From an uncultured Christensenella sp. (GTDB taxonomy: Bacteria; Bacillota; Clostridia; Christensenellales; DTU072): 44,209 bases of DNA. Shown here in pieces: positions 28,501 to 37,935 of this stretch. Position numbers and translations under genes: made by a program. The notes beneath the pieces are model-generated. The model was given only the letters and a program-made list of their open reading frames with translations, was not told the origin of the DNA and searched no databases. Each line of letters opens with the position of its first letter. Position 1 is the stretch's first letter. The stretch covers positions 1-44,209 of the forward strand of contig CAYVEU010000001.1 of assembly GCA_964450015.1 (NCBI GenBank), written 5' to 3'.

Positions 28501-31500
28501 AGTTCTTTATACGTCCCTTTGACGCTAAATTGCACGGTCTTGTCAATCGTAACGCTAAATGAAAGCGTATTATTCATTCTATCGGTCATTTTGAAGTTAT
28601 AAACGCCCTCATCGGATAAGACATCCCCGTTATAGCCTACGTTTTGTGTCCCTCTACCGATAGCTATGCTGACGTTCTCTTCCTCGCATGATACGCTAAA
28701 GCTTTCATTTGTTGCGCCGTTCGCTTCGAGCATCGCGCCCGACGCCGTTACGATGATGGGAACAGGCGGAAGTTTATCTATTATCACTATGACGGTAATT
28801 GCATTGCCGCATACATCAACTATTTCAAATAAATAGGTTCCGTCTTCTGAAATCGTGCCGCCGTTCATTACGCTTATGCCGTTACTGGACGTGCAATTAA
28901 ACGTCTTCGTGTGTTCCGTGACAGTTAGTACTAAATTGTTTTTTGAAATATAGCTACCGTCCTCAAGCATTGAATACGGTCCGTCTATTATGTAGCTTAC
29001 TACGTTATCTAGCGTTATCTTAAAACTGGTTACGTTGCCCACTTGGTCGTTTAGTGTGAAAACGTACGTTCCCGCTTTAGTAATCAACGTGCGCTTGGTA
29101 TATAGCGTTTCGCCAAACGAACCCAACACGTCATTCTGGTTATAGTATCGAGCAGTAACGTTCGCCTCGTCCCACGTGACGCTAAACGATGAGCTTGTAA
29201 CCGTTTCCTCTTCGATTGTATCGCCGTTCTCGGCGGTAATCGTCGCCATTGGCGCAACGCAGTCAATCTCAAACCTATACTCTACGAATAGGTTCATATC
29301 GTTTTCAACGTACAAAAAGAACTTATAAATTAAGCTCGTTGCCTCATTTGCCGTTATGGACGCTATCGTATATCCCTCTTTTTCGGTCATAGTTAATACG
29401 CTATCGTACCTAACCCACTCTTTGTTAATAAGCGCATAAAGATAAATGGCGTCGCCGTCGTAATAATCAAAAGAAACGTCCTTGTTTGTTATCCCGCCCT
29501 CTTTTACGCCTTTTAGCGAACCCGACGGCAAGCCTTTCATATAAAATAACGGGTCTGTTTCTACCGTTCTACCGAATATATCGGAAAATCTAACCACATA
29601 TTTACCGCCAGTGCGCAACACATAAGACAAAGTTACTGCTGAAATAGGCGTACCGTCGCTGTCATACGTCAACTCCGTGTAATCGCCTAAATACGAAACT
29701 TTGAAAATATGTATTTCCGTTATGCCGTTATTCGAGCTGTCGTAATTAAGCGTCAACGTGCACCGCGTTTCGTTCGTCAGCGACGTGTTGGAAAGATATG
29801 CCGTTTCGCCCGCAATACGAATTTCAAAAGAAAGATAATTCATGCTACGGTCGTACACGTTTATAACGTACTTGCCATAATAACCGTTCTCAAGCGTCAA
29901 TACGGGCAATTCGTCGCCGTTTACGAAAACCGTATCGCTCATTCCTCGTCCAGATACGCACACCATGACGAACTCGTCAATATTGTCAAATAACATTTGC
30001 AAGTCCAACATAACGTATAACATAACGCCCACGTTAGCTTGGACAAATTCGTTAGTAAACGTAATTGCCGCCTGCTCGCCGTTCCCAAAAGTCGCCGTAG
30101 CGTTTAACGTCGGCATATCGTTATCGAGATAAACGACATATCGTTGCAAATTCCCACACAAGTCACTTTCCGAAACGAGATAATACCCCTGTATATTTGC
30201 ACCCTCTTTCTCCAACGCTTCGCTTATTGCCGTATCGTACGGTATTTCTATATTGCGACCTGTAAAAAGCATATAATCGTTGGCTATATACTGAAATTGG
30301 ACCTTTCTTGTGTTTCCCGTAACGCCCGCTATCGGGGAAATGAATTTATAGTTATGCTGAATTAAAAATAACGGTAAATTCGCATAATTTGCCAAAATCG
30401 ACGGATACGTCATATTCTGGCGCGTCAACGCGTCATCTCGCGTTATCCCGTTGCCGTCAGTCGGGTTCGGATAAGTATTGTTTCCTAATTGGGTTTCTCT
30501 TCGCTCTGAAACGTAAGCCGACGCATATTTCAATATGGCAGTATCTAAATCAGAACGCGACGTGTAAATTTGATAAACACTTTCGTTGGATATATTAACG
30601 TACGACCAACCGTTTTCCAGTTGCTCTACGCGGTATTCCCACTCTTTGGCGATAGCGAAATCAAGTGCGCTGTCACGACTGGTAAAAGAGTAGCTACCTG
30701 CTATATTCGCAAATATTCTACTAGGCAAGTTCGCGATATACCAGGTTGCAACCTTATACCCATTTTTTATGTTATCCATGTTCCCGAAATCGTCACGGTA
30801 ATAAAGCTTTACCGTTTGAGTTTCCGATTTATTCCCAAAGTCATCTACAGCGTAAAAAGTCCATACGCCGTAGTTGCTAACGTCAAGCGCAATATTGACG
30901 GTTCCGACACCGTTCGTCCGTTCTGCTCCGCCATTAAGCGCATATTTTATGGTTGCATTGTGTATATCCGACGCCGTATACGTGAACTCATAGTTCAAGT
31001 ATTCCGCTACGCTTGAAACGTCAGGTGCCGTCTTATCAATAATTATATGATAGGACGAAACGTTGCCCGCGCTATCGCTCAAGCACATTAAATAATAGCC
31101 CTCGTCACTTAACGTGGTATTGCGTGTATACGCAGTAGCCGCCGACGTCGGAAAAGCCGTTGTATTTTTTGAATTATTTATTGAATATCTTGCCGTCAGC
31201 GTATCGTTATTATTCATACGTTGCGTTCCGACGCCCTCTACATTGGTTCCCCACGTTGCAGAAAAACTGGCGTTCGAGCCGTTATATGTCAAGCCGCTTA
31301 AAAGCCCTTGAAGCGTTAGTTTAGGGGCTACCTTATCGATAGTACATTGATATGACGAACTATTGCCCGCCTTATCTGTAATTATGAATAGATAGTTCCC
31401 TTCTTCTGAAATTTGGCTTTTACTTGTGTATTCAATGTTTGCCGTTGTCGGAAAAGCCCCTGTAATCGACTTGCCATAAGTTACGACTATTTCATCGTTG

Positions 31501-34064
31501 CTATTCGTTCTCGCGGCTCCGACGCCACCGACTGTAGTTGCCCACGATGCGCTAACCGTCGTGTTTGAAAAATTGCTTCCGTTCACACCGTATAAAGTCA
31601 ATAACGGCGCGACGTTATCTATCGTTACTTTATAATCTGTATAATTCCCTGCCTTGTCGCTAATACGGAAAAAATAATTGCCGTCGTTCTTAAATTCGGT
31701 TCCAGACGTAAACGTTGTTGCCGCAGACGTCGGAAAGGTTGCCGACGTTAAAGTCGAATACTTTGCCGTAATCGCGTCGCTACTGTTTAGCAAGCATTCC
31801 GAACGCCAACTAACCGTGATACTGCCCTTATAAAAACCGCCGTTAGAAATGCTATTTAGCGTCGGTGCTTCCGTATCGAGATAAATTGTATACACGGCAC
31901 TTTGGTTGCCTGCTAAATCCACTCCGTAAAATTGATACGTACCATTTATCGACGCCTTATCCACTGTATAGCTTTTAGAACTCGTGCTACTATACGCTTT
32001 ACCCTCGGCACCTTTATAATACAACTTAGAAAAATTCTTATCTTCCACGCTTACGGTAAAGTTTGCATTGGTAAACCCGCCACTTTGAACAACACAAGAA
32101 ACAATAGGCAACGCCGTATCTATCGTGAACGTGTATGTTCTACTATTCTTCGCCTTATCTATCGCAACTATCGTATAGACACCATCTTCGGAAAACGATG
32201 TTCCTGTATTAAACGCCGTAGCTGTGCCGCTATCTTTCTTCCACGTTGCGCCCTCAATGTTCGTATCGCTGAATTTTACCGTTACCGCAACTTTAGCATA
32301 CCCACCATTAGCGGTGGTTCCGCCACTTAAGGTAATTTCCGGCAAGATTGTATCGATTGTAAACGTGAACATCGTACTGTTCTTCGCCTTATCCGTCGCG
32401 ACTATCGTATAAACGCCGTCCTCGGAAAACAATTTCCCCGTACCAAACGGCGCGGGCGTGCCGTTGCCTTTCTTCCATGTTGCGCCCTCAATATTCGTAT
32501 CGCTAAACTTTACCGTAACAGCGGTCTTTGCGTACCCACCGTCAGCGGTAGTTCCACCGCTCAACTTAATTTCTGGAAGCGTTTTATCTATCGTAAACGT
32601 TTTTGTTGACTTTCTTTTTGCTTTATCGTACGCTGTGACTGTGTAAACGCCGTCGGCAAGACTATTGTCTACCGTAAATGTAGTTTCAGCAGTCCATGTT
32701 CCCGCAATATTTGTAATTTCGTAATAATCTAAGTTCGTATCGCTAACGCTTACCTTTACCGACTGTTCCTTTTTGAAATATTCTCCGTTAGTCGTTATTA
32801 TCGGGTCTAGCGTATCTATTGTAAACGTGTACGTTCTGCTGTTCTGCGCCTTATCCGTCGCAACTATCGTATAAACGCCGTCCTCGGAAAACGATTTTCC
32901 CGTGTCAAACGGCTCTGCGGTGCCGTTGCCTTTCTTCCATGTTGCGCCCTCAATATTCGTATCGCTAAACTTTACCGTGACTGCGGTCTTTGCATACCCG
33001 CCGTCAGTTGTGGTTCCACCGCTCAACTCAATTTTCGGAAGCGTTTTGTCTATCGTAAACGTTTGGCTCGCCTCGTTATTGGCTTTGTCGTATGCGGTAA
33101 TCGTATAAACGCCATCGGCAAGGTCTTTTGCCGCATAAGTTTTATCACCAGTCAAGCCGCTCTCAATATTCGTAATTTTATAATCTTTTATATTTGTATC
33201 GCTAACGCCTACTTCTACCAACTGATTTTCATTAAAATATTCGCCATTTGTCGTTATTGTCGGGTTTACCGTATCAAGAATCACATAGTAATCGGCACTT
33301 CTATTGCCTGCTTTATCTACGGCATAAAACGTATATTTTCCGTCCCCGTTGTCGCTAGATATAGTAATTGTATTATTCGTTGTAAATTTATAAGCTTCAG
33401 AATTTTTCTGATAATGTATTTCATGAAAATTCTTTTCTGTGGCGGTTATGGTAAAATCATTAGAAGTATATCCGTTATTTCCCACCGTTCCTGATGATAA
33501 AGTCGGTTTTGTAACATCAACATAAATGGTTTCGGACGTAAAATCTATCGTATGTAGGTGTCCGTTCAAAGAACGTTTCCCCGTACCACTAATATGTACT
33601 TTATATTCGCCTTCCTCTACATTAAACGAAAATTCACCACCACCCTTATTCCATTGGTCATTCGCACCATGGTCTGTTTCCATTGCACGCTTAGTTGAAT
33701 AGTCGCTTCCGCCGCTCTGGCTAAGTAGCTCTATTGTTAACTCATCACAGTAAGCATAAAAACCGCCCATGCTTGCACTACCCATAGTAAACTCTAAAGC
33801 CACCTTTTTCTCGGGTATATACATTGAACCGTCACTGACGGCATTTTTTAATAAGAGGTTTGCTTGAAAATAATACGTGGTACTCGCATTACCGCTTCCT
33901 TTATAAAAGTCAAAATTTGCAATAAGTGTAGTTTTCCCGCTGGCCGCACAAGACGCGTCTTTGCTTATAGGGACAAATACGCTGATTGCTATAATTGCAA
34001 ATACCAAAATAAATAGCAAAATCTTGCCAAAAGATTGTTTCCTTTTTACCTCATAGCTTGACAT
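25536..34064 (-). CDS. Giant (2842 aa) surface protein made of Ig-like/beta-sandwich repeats, with an N-terminal signal/anchor and a C-terminal TM anchor
   Basis: N-terminus KILLFILVFAIIAISVF. Many ~78-aa modules end in ..DGVYT(I/V)xAxDKA(G/K)Nxxxxx(F)TID(K)T.P. About six ~152-aa two-module super-repeats. C-terminus YGIVVIALGAVVALAVVIGVIVYRRKQSIK with no LPXTG. The start overlaps the T4CP stop by 19 nt, with RBS gaggagg. Confidence 0.85.
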   Translation of the reverse strand: MSSYEVKRKQSFGKILLFILVFAIIAISVFVPISKDASCAASGKTTLIANFDFYKGSGNASTTYYFQANLLLKNAVSDGSMYIPEKKVALEFTMGSASMGGFYAYCDELTIELLSQSGGSDYSTKRAMETDHGANDQWNKGGGEFSFNVEEGEYKVHISGTGKRSLNGHLHTIDFTSETIYVDVTKPTLSSGTVGNNGYTSNDFTITATEKNFHEIHYQKNSEAYKFTTNNTITISSDNGDGKYTFYAVDKAGNRSADYYVILDTVNPTITTNGEYFNENQLVEVGVSDTNIKDYKITNIESGLTGDKTYAAKDLADGVYTITAYDKANNEASQTFTIDKTLPKIELSGGTTTDGGYAKTAVTVKFSDTNIEGATWKKGNGTAEPFDTGKSFSEDGVYTIVATDKAQNSRTYTFTIDTLDPIITTNGEYFKKEQSVKVSVSDTNLDYYEITNIAGTWTAETTFTVDNSLADGVYTVTAYDKAKRKSTKTFTIDKTLPEIKLSGGTTADGGYAKTAVTVKFSDTNIEGATWKKGNGTPAPFGTGKLFSEDGVYTIVATDKAKNSTMFTFTIDTILPEITLSGGTTANGGYAKVAVTVKFSDTNIEGATWKKDSGTATAFNTGTSFSEDGVYTIVAIDKAKNSRTYTFTIDTALPIVSCVVQSGGFTNANFTVSVEDKNFSKLYYKGAEGKAYSSTSSKSYTVDKASINGTYQFYGVDLAGNQSAVYTIYLDTEAPTLNSISNGGFYKGSITVSWRSECLLNSSDAITAKYSTLTSATFPTSAATTFTSGTEFKNDGNYFFRISDKAGNYTDYKVTIDNVAPLLTLYGVNGSNFSNTTVSASWATTVGGVGAARTNSNDEIVVTYGKSITGAFPTTANIEYTSKSQISEEGNYLFIITDKAGNSSSYQCTIDKVAPKLTLQGLLSGLTYNGSNASFSATWGTNVEGVGTQRMNNNDTLTARYSINNSKNTTAFPTSAATAYTRNTTLSDEGYYLMCLSDSAGNVSSYHIIIDKTAPDVSSVAEYLNYEFTYTASDIHNATIKYALNGGAERTNGVGTVNIALDVSNYGVWTFYAVDDFGNKSETQTVKLYYRDDFGNMDNIKNGYKVATWYIANLPSRIFANIAGSYSFTSRDSALDFAIAKEWEYRVEQLENGWSYVNISNESVYQIYTSRSDLDTAILKYASAYVSERRETQLGNNTYPNPTDGNGITRDDALTRQNMTYPSILANYANLPLFLIQHNYKFISPIAGVTGNTRKVQFQYIANDYMLFTGRNIEIPYDTAISEALEKEGANIQGYYLVSESDLCGNLQRYVVYLDNDMPTLNATATFGNGEQAAITFTNEFVQANVGVMLYVMLDLQMLFDNIDEFVMVCVSGRGMSDTVFVNGDELPVLTLENGYYGKYVINVYDRSMNYLSFEIRIAGETAYLSNTSLTNETRCTLTLNYDSSNNGITEIHIFKVSYLGDYTELTYDSDGTPISAVTLSYVLRTGGKYVVRFSDIFGRTVETDPLFYMKGLPSGSLKGVKEGGITNKDVSFDYYDGDAIYLYALINKEWVRYDSVLTMTEKEGYTIASITANEATSLIYKFFLYVENDMNLFVEYRFEIDCVAPMATITAENGDTIEEETVTSSSFSVTWDEANVTARYYNQNDVLGSFGETLYTKRTLITKAGTYVFTLNDQVGNVTSFKITLDNVVSYIIDGPYSMLEDGSYISKNNLVLTVTEHTKTFNCTSSNGISVMNGGTISEDGTYLFEIVDVCGNAITVIVIIDKLPPVPIIVTASGAMLEANGATNESFSVSCEEENVSIAIGRGTQNVGYNGDVLSDEGVYNFKMTDRMNNTLSFSVTIDKTVQFSVKGTYKELEDGSYISRHNFTVTVNEDFSAFVVKNENDITFLPEERIALEGVYYVTITDTVGNVANVTLILDYTAPVPIIIAEDGSVVTNGKVNKAFFVSCAESNYTLNIAASETSNGSVYNGEPLAESGVYYFRLSDLVGNEIAFTVEIDLVVDYTVNGIYKRTSDGAYISISGVSVTVKEEYSEFIVDSLANEFAPEEKITQEGTHTVKIKDLAGNEEVITIIIDKTAPSYEIVTVNDKEVGANEIINDGFIVTCQEDKADITFSMNGIKYNAYDGSVCSVAGTYYFEVSDFIGNTVSFAITIDLSIVYTVKGNYINNGNLYISRTGLSVETREDIMRFDVESSNGYAFGVGETVSREGSYTVTIADLAGNIAIIELVIDKTPPEALITTETGVVELNSKINESFSVSCEEEDVRITVSPNGTTYSDYDGTAFTESGTYYFVLSDRVGNESAFVVIIDVTVSFTVRGNYVNNGNVYSSRTDLAVVLQEDVKRFDVENADGYTFGADETVSLEGRYIVTIEDMAGNVAIIELVIDKTAPTPNVLTDEGTNVQIDSVSNRSFNVVVDEENAIITYSTNGINFTTYDGSVLSDERIYYFTATDYVGNSVSFTVTVDASVSYALKGVFNYDGDVIFSRTGVAIQVNEAYQAFTVNGESNVSVIEGARIELEGEYSVYISDMNGNDIEFLIIIDQTAPLITATVENGGKSADEVEISVEGARRAYFKDKAGETTEIEGSCTVEESGTYTVYAVDVAGNESTYKFVIDNDVDVQISPSLLSGQILTGSVNIKFSEKVTTILIKDGEEVSYTSLIKEVGSYSLTATDELGNNFTTEWVIVPSSANNYLITAPDDYQIFVAKDGNDYAVGVSVELKDNGNYSLVFSNGENEFALDLTVDTVAPEIEITQEKNQVVFSKANKDNVTYMLYRNGELVNCSPNSIITERGNYELIVTDALGNESVYYFELDYINVYGIVVIALGAVVALAVVIGVIVYRRKQSIK
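32215..33140 (-). repeat. Three near-identical intragenic DNA repeats (~235 nt each) inside the giant gene
   Basis: Units encode LP(K/E)I.LSGGTT.(D/N)GGYAK.AVTVKFSDTNIEGATWKK... Near-identical plus-strand shadow ORFs at 32224, 32458 and 32902 show conservation at the DNA level. Confidence 0.8.
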
Positions 34065-36298
34065 TCTCTTTCTACCTCCTCAATTTGCTCTGGCACAAAA
34101 CACCGAAATAAAATAAAATTCCTTACCTGTATAAACGTTGCAGAAAGTATATAATTACCCTTACCCGCCGCGTCATCAGCTAATCTATCTAGTAATACTA
34201 ATTTGGTCTTAATATCGCATCCGTAAAGTAGCTCAAACGTATCTTTCGGCGTCTTTCCCTTTAGGCATTGCAACCGTTTTTGCACGTCCGCCAACATTTG
34301 TACCGCCTTGCGCTTCCGCAACTCGTTTAACTCTTCCGTTTTATTTTCAACGACAAGTTGCGTATCGTTTCTCACGTCATCTATTTGTTGATAGTCCTCG
34401 CTTAAAAGCTGTTTTTCGGTTGTCATAAACGCCGTATATTTAGCTATATCGTAGTGCATAACGTCCTCATCAAAATCGATAAACTTACTAGGCTTAAGGT
34501 TTGCAGGCTCGGCGTTGTAAATATCTTTTGCTTTGAAAAACGGGGTAAATTTTGCCCTAATCGGATAATTACCCAAACACACAACTATTGCGTTGCCGAA
34601 AATTTTGTTTGCGGGGTCGTTCAAATGCTCAAGCTCATTCGGATAAATAAGCGGTACACTCTGCGCCGACGTCGATACCGACATTTCCTTATTCTCCGAA
34701 TAGCTGACCTGCTTAACTTTCTTTTTGCCGCACATATCTGAAAATGCTTTTCTTGTGTTCTCGTCATTTGTTCCGATAAATATCTGCGCGTTGCAGTTGC
34801 TCCGGATAATCGCCGCTACCTCTTTACCGTATTTATCGTCAAGTTGATTAAAGTCTTGGATAACAGGCATAAGCCATATATGCCTCGAACGTCCGACGGT
34901 AACTATGCTGTCAAGCTTATGGAAACGCGGCAAGTTGCCGAACTCGTCCATAATAAAGTAAACGTTACGCAATAGCTCTTGCGATTTTGTCTTGCCCGCT
35001 ATTTTATTCTCCGTTGCCTTTTCAACGAGGGCTTTATACATTTGAGTGATAAACAAGCTGACAAGCTTGTGACGGTTCTCCTTTTCGTCTGGAATTTTCA
35101 AGAATAACGCGTTCGCGGTTTCGTCAAAATCGCTAAACTCTATTGCGTTGCCGCTAGTAAGCGCGGCAATTCCCGTGTCCGCCATCCACGTTAAGTATTG
35201 ACTAACATCGCTCAAGTACGACGATAAAGTTCTATCCTCGGAAACGAGCACCGTATTCGACAAGCCGTGCGACTTCGATTTCGGCGAGCGAGTATCGAAA
35301 TACGCACGTAACTCTTCGCAATCTCCTTTGGCGTAGTCGCTTACGGTCCTATAAAGATTATAAAGACTAAATTTTTCCCGCGGCATATAGCCGTCGTAAA
35401 CGTCTTCCCAAAACGCAACTGCAATAGCAAGCAACAAATCGCGCGCACCCTTTTCCCAACCGCTTTCGTTTTTATTTTCAATCGGACACATGGTATAAAT
35501 TAAGTCCTGTAAGTCAACGAAAATTTCGTCCTTTAACCGTGCGACAATAGCCTTTCTAGCGTCCTCTGCTTCAGATTGCGTCAAGTATACATTGCCGTCG
35601 CAAAAATACTTGCCCCGTTTTTGCACTATCCTACAACCGTGAATGCGGTCTGTTTTGCGCCATACGTCATTAAATGGGTTCCATTGGGTAGAGTGATAAA
35701 CGTCAGCTAAATCTATAACGCTAACCTTGTACCCCTCTGCCATAAGCTTTTTACCATGGTGGTTATATAACTCCCCCTTTGGGTCGGTTATAAGCATAGA
35801 CGGCTTCGTCTTCGTCCTACACAATATTTCTATAGTCGGATCTATAATTGCCGACGTCTTGCCCGTTCCAGTCGTACCGACTAGAATAGTGTGCGTCGGG
35901 TCTTTCAAAACGACGTTTATATCATTGCCTTTTACCTCGGCAGAAATCGGAACGCCGTCATTAACTTTATGTAACTGACTTAATTTTGTCACGGTATATC
36001 CCTCATTCTTCGATATTTCCGTCCTGCTCATAAAATGAGAGTTCTCTAGGTCTGCGTTTACCTTTAGAACGCGTTTGCTTCCTCGCACCCTTATATCAAA
36101 AGCGACAACGCCTACTATAACCGCTATTACTGCACCCCATATCGCATACAGTTTCCCGTCTGTAATCGCCTCTACAAAATCTGTCTTAAATATGGTCATG
36201 GACAAAAAAGCCAACGCCAAAAGGACTACGACCGCCCCTGCTGTCAGTCCGAATATTGTCAATATTGTTTTTTGTAGTTTCGTCAACTCTTTCTTCAT
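34046..36298 (-). CDS. Type IV coupling protein (VirD4/TraG family)
   Basis: 750 aa with two N-terminal TM helices. Walker A VGTTGTGKTS and Walker B YFIMDEFGNLP. Confidence 0.85.
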   Translation of the reverse strand: MKKELTKLQKTILTIFGLTAGAVVVLLALAFLSMTIFKTDFVEAITDGKLYAIWGAVIAVIVGVVAFDIRVRGSKRVLKVNADLENSHFMSRTEISKNEGYTVTKLSQLHKVNDGVPISAEVKGNDINVVLKDPTHTILVGTTGTGKTSAIIDPTIEILCRTKTKPSMLITDPKGELYNHHGKKLMAEGYKVSVIDLADVYHSTQWNPFNDVWRKTDRIHGCRIVQKRGKYFCDGNVYLTQSEAEDARKAIVARLKDEIFVDLQDLIYTMCPIENKNESGWEKGARDLLLAIAVAFWEDVYDGYMPREKFSLYNLYRTVSDYAKGDCEELRAYFDTRSPKSKSHGLSNTVLVSEDRTLSSYLSDVSQYLTWMADTGIAALTSGNAIEFSDFDETANALFLKIPDEKENRHKLVSLFITQMYKALVEKATENKIAGKTKSQELLRNVYFIMDEFGNLPRFHKLDSIVTVGRSRHIWLMPVIQDFNQLDDKYGKEVAAIIRSNCNAQIFIGTNDENTRKAFSDMCGKKKVKQVSYSENKEMSVSTSAQSVPLIYPNELEHLNDPANKIFGNAIVVCLGNYPIRAKFTPFFKAKDIYNAEPANLKPSKFIDFDEDVMHYDIAKYTAFMTTEKQLLSEDYQQIDDVRNDTQLVVENKTEELNELRKRKAVQMLADVQKRLQCLKGKTPKDTFELLYGCDIKTKLVLLDRLADDAAGKGNYILSATFIQVRNFILFRCFVPEQIEEVERECQAMR

Positions 36299-36300
36299 TC

Positions 36301-37602
36301 CTAACCGTTTACCGCTTTTCCGTATTCGTTTTCACGTTCAATTTGTTTTACTGTCTTCATAAAGTTTGCCCGCTCCCCTTTGCAAACTTCGGTAAGCATT
36401 TTTTGAATATCCCGAATTGCGTCTACACGCTTTCCACGTCTGCGACGCGCCGCTATTTTTAGGCTCCTATCGTTCACACCGTATTTTCGTTTTTTATCGC
36501 GTAAATCGCCGTCCTTTATCATCTTGCAAAGCCCCATAACCACACCGCGTACGCGCTTTTGATAATCAGCCTGCAAACGCTCAAAATAATCAACATTTTT
36601 AAGGTCTACGTACTTCGGCTCAAGCCCTGGTCTACCCGCCATCACATCTTCTATCTCATCTTTGCTCATTCGCCTATTGTTGACGTAAGCAAGCTTATTT
36701 TCTTTTACGAGCTTAACCACGTTTTCCTTAACGCTCGCTAATTCCTTTATCATCTGCTCATGCGCCAGCCGTGCGTTCTCATCGGAAGCTATAAGCAAGT
36801 TGGCCACTAAATCAATTTGCGGATAAAGCGGTTCCATATTCTTGGACCCCGCCTGCAATCTACCAGTTTTAGGCAAACTTGCTATTAACCGATTAAGTTC
36901 ACGGTTAAGTTGCGTATTTCGCTTTACACCAGTTACAACGTCTTTGCGCACCACTTTTAATGCGTCCATTGCTTTATTTCTGGCAACGTAATATTCTTCC
37001 CCATGCTCGTCTAGGTGCATATTTGCGCTCACAAGATAATTATCAATAGCTTTTGCCTCGAATTTGCCTTTCTTTGTGTAACAAAGCTCATTGTTTTTAT
37101 CCCTACGCAACGGCTGTTTCTCGAAAAACGCAAAATGTATATGGCGGTTATCCGTATCATCATGCAAAGACGCATAAAGGCGTACGTTCTTTGGCTTCAA
37201 GTGCGTACGCTCTAAAAAAACGTTAAACGTCTGCTTTAGGAACTTAACGGCGTTCTCTTGAACATCAAACACTTCGTTATACTGTTCTTCAAAGCTTATG
37301 AAGCCGTGCCAGATTATGCTTTCCGTCTTTGCCAACTCCTCTTTCAGTTCCGCTACTTGCTCATCGCTCAAGACACCGTTCATATCGAAAAGTCCGCCGT
37401 TCGTACCCTCGCGCGTGAAGTAGTGCTCAGCGTCCTTATTCTTTACTACCTTTTTATTGTCCAAAGCATACGTAAAAAAGTTGTACTCGCTCGTAAGGTT
37501 ATAGAACTTACGACGTGCTTCGTACTTCTCACGGTCTTTACCTTTTAGGTAAGACGGTGGGTTGGGCTGTGTAAAAGCGATATTAAATAGTGCTTTTGGC
37601 AT
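36301..37602 (-). CDS. Putative conjugative relaxase (HUH/3-His type)
   Basis: 433 aa. LHDDTDNRHIHFAFFEK fits the relaxase H.D...(N/H).H.H metal-binding motif. It lies immediately upstream of the T4CP gene. RBS aggaga. Confidence 0.6.
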   Translation of the reverse strand: MPKALFNIAFTQPNPPSYLKGKDREKYEARRKFYNLTSEYNFFTYALDNKKVVKNKDAEHYFTREGTNGGLFDMNGVLSDEQVAELKEELAKTESIIWHGFISFEEQYNEVFDVQENAVKFLKQTFNVFLERTHLKPKNVRLYASLHDDTDNRHIHFAFFEKQPLRRDKNNELCYTKKGKFEAKAIDNYLVSANMHLDEHGEEYYVARNKAMDALKVVRKDVVTGVKRNTQLNRELNRLIASLPKTGRLQAGSKNMEPLYPQIDLVANLLIASDENARLAHEQMIKELASVKENVVKLVKENKLAYVNNRRMSKDEIEDVMAGRPGLEPKYVDLKNVDYFERLQADYQKRVRGVVMGLCKMIKDGDLRDKKRKYGVNDRSLKIAARRRRGKRVDAIRDIQKMLTEVCKGERANFMKTVKQIERENEYGKAVNG

Positions 37603-37616
37603 TGCCTATCTCCTCT

Positions 37617-37931
37617 CTATAAGTCAAAAATGTCGTTATAAACGGTCATAACAAGACTTGTCCTTGTGTGTTCGGTTTTGCTGTTCTCCAACATTCGTAT
37701 CGTCCAGTCCCTGTGTGTTTCTATCGCCCTCTTACGACTGTCTTCGATGAGTTTGCAATTATTGCAAAATTCTAAATTGTCAATGACGTCTTCGTTATAA
37801 AGAAACCTGTTTAAGCCGCTTGCCAACGCACACGTTTCTATCGTTTTACCGAAAAAAGCGTAATAGTTATCGCTATTACCGATAAATTCAAGCTTTTTTT
37901 GCAATATCGCATTCATTTCTACGTTTTCCAT
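37617..37931 (-). CDS. Hypothetical protein (104 aa)
   Basis: ATG with RBS aggag, packed tightly between the RHH gene and the relaxase gene. Confidence 0.5.
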   Translation of the reverse strand: MENVEMNAILQKKLEFIGNSDNYYAFFGKTIETCALASGLNRFLYNEDVIDNLEFCNNCKLIEDSRKRAIETHRDWTIRMLENSKTEHTRTSLVMTVYNDIFDL

Positions 37932-37935
37932 GCTA

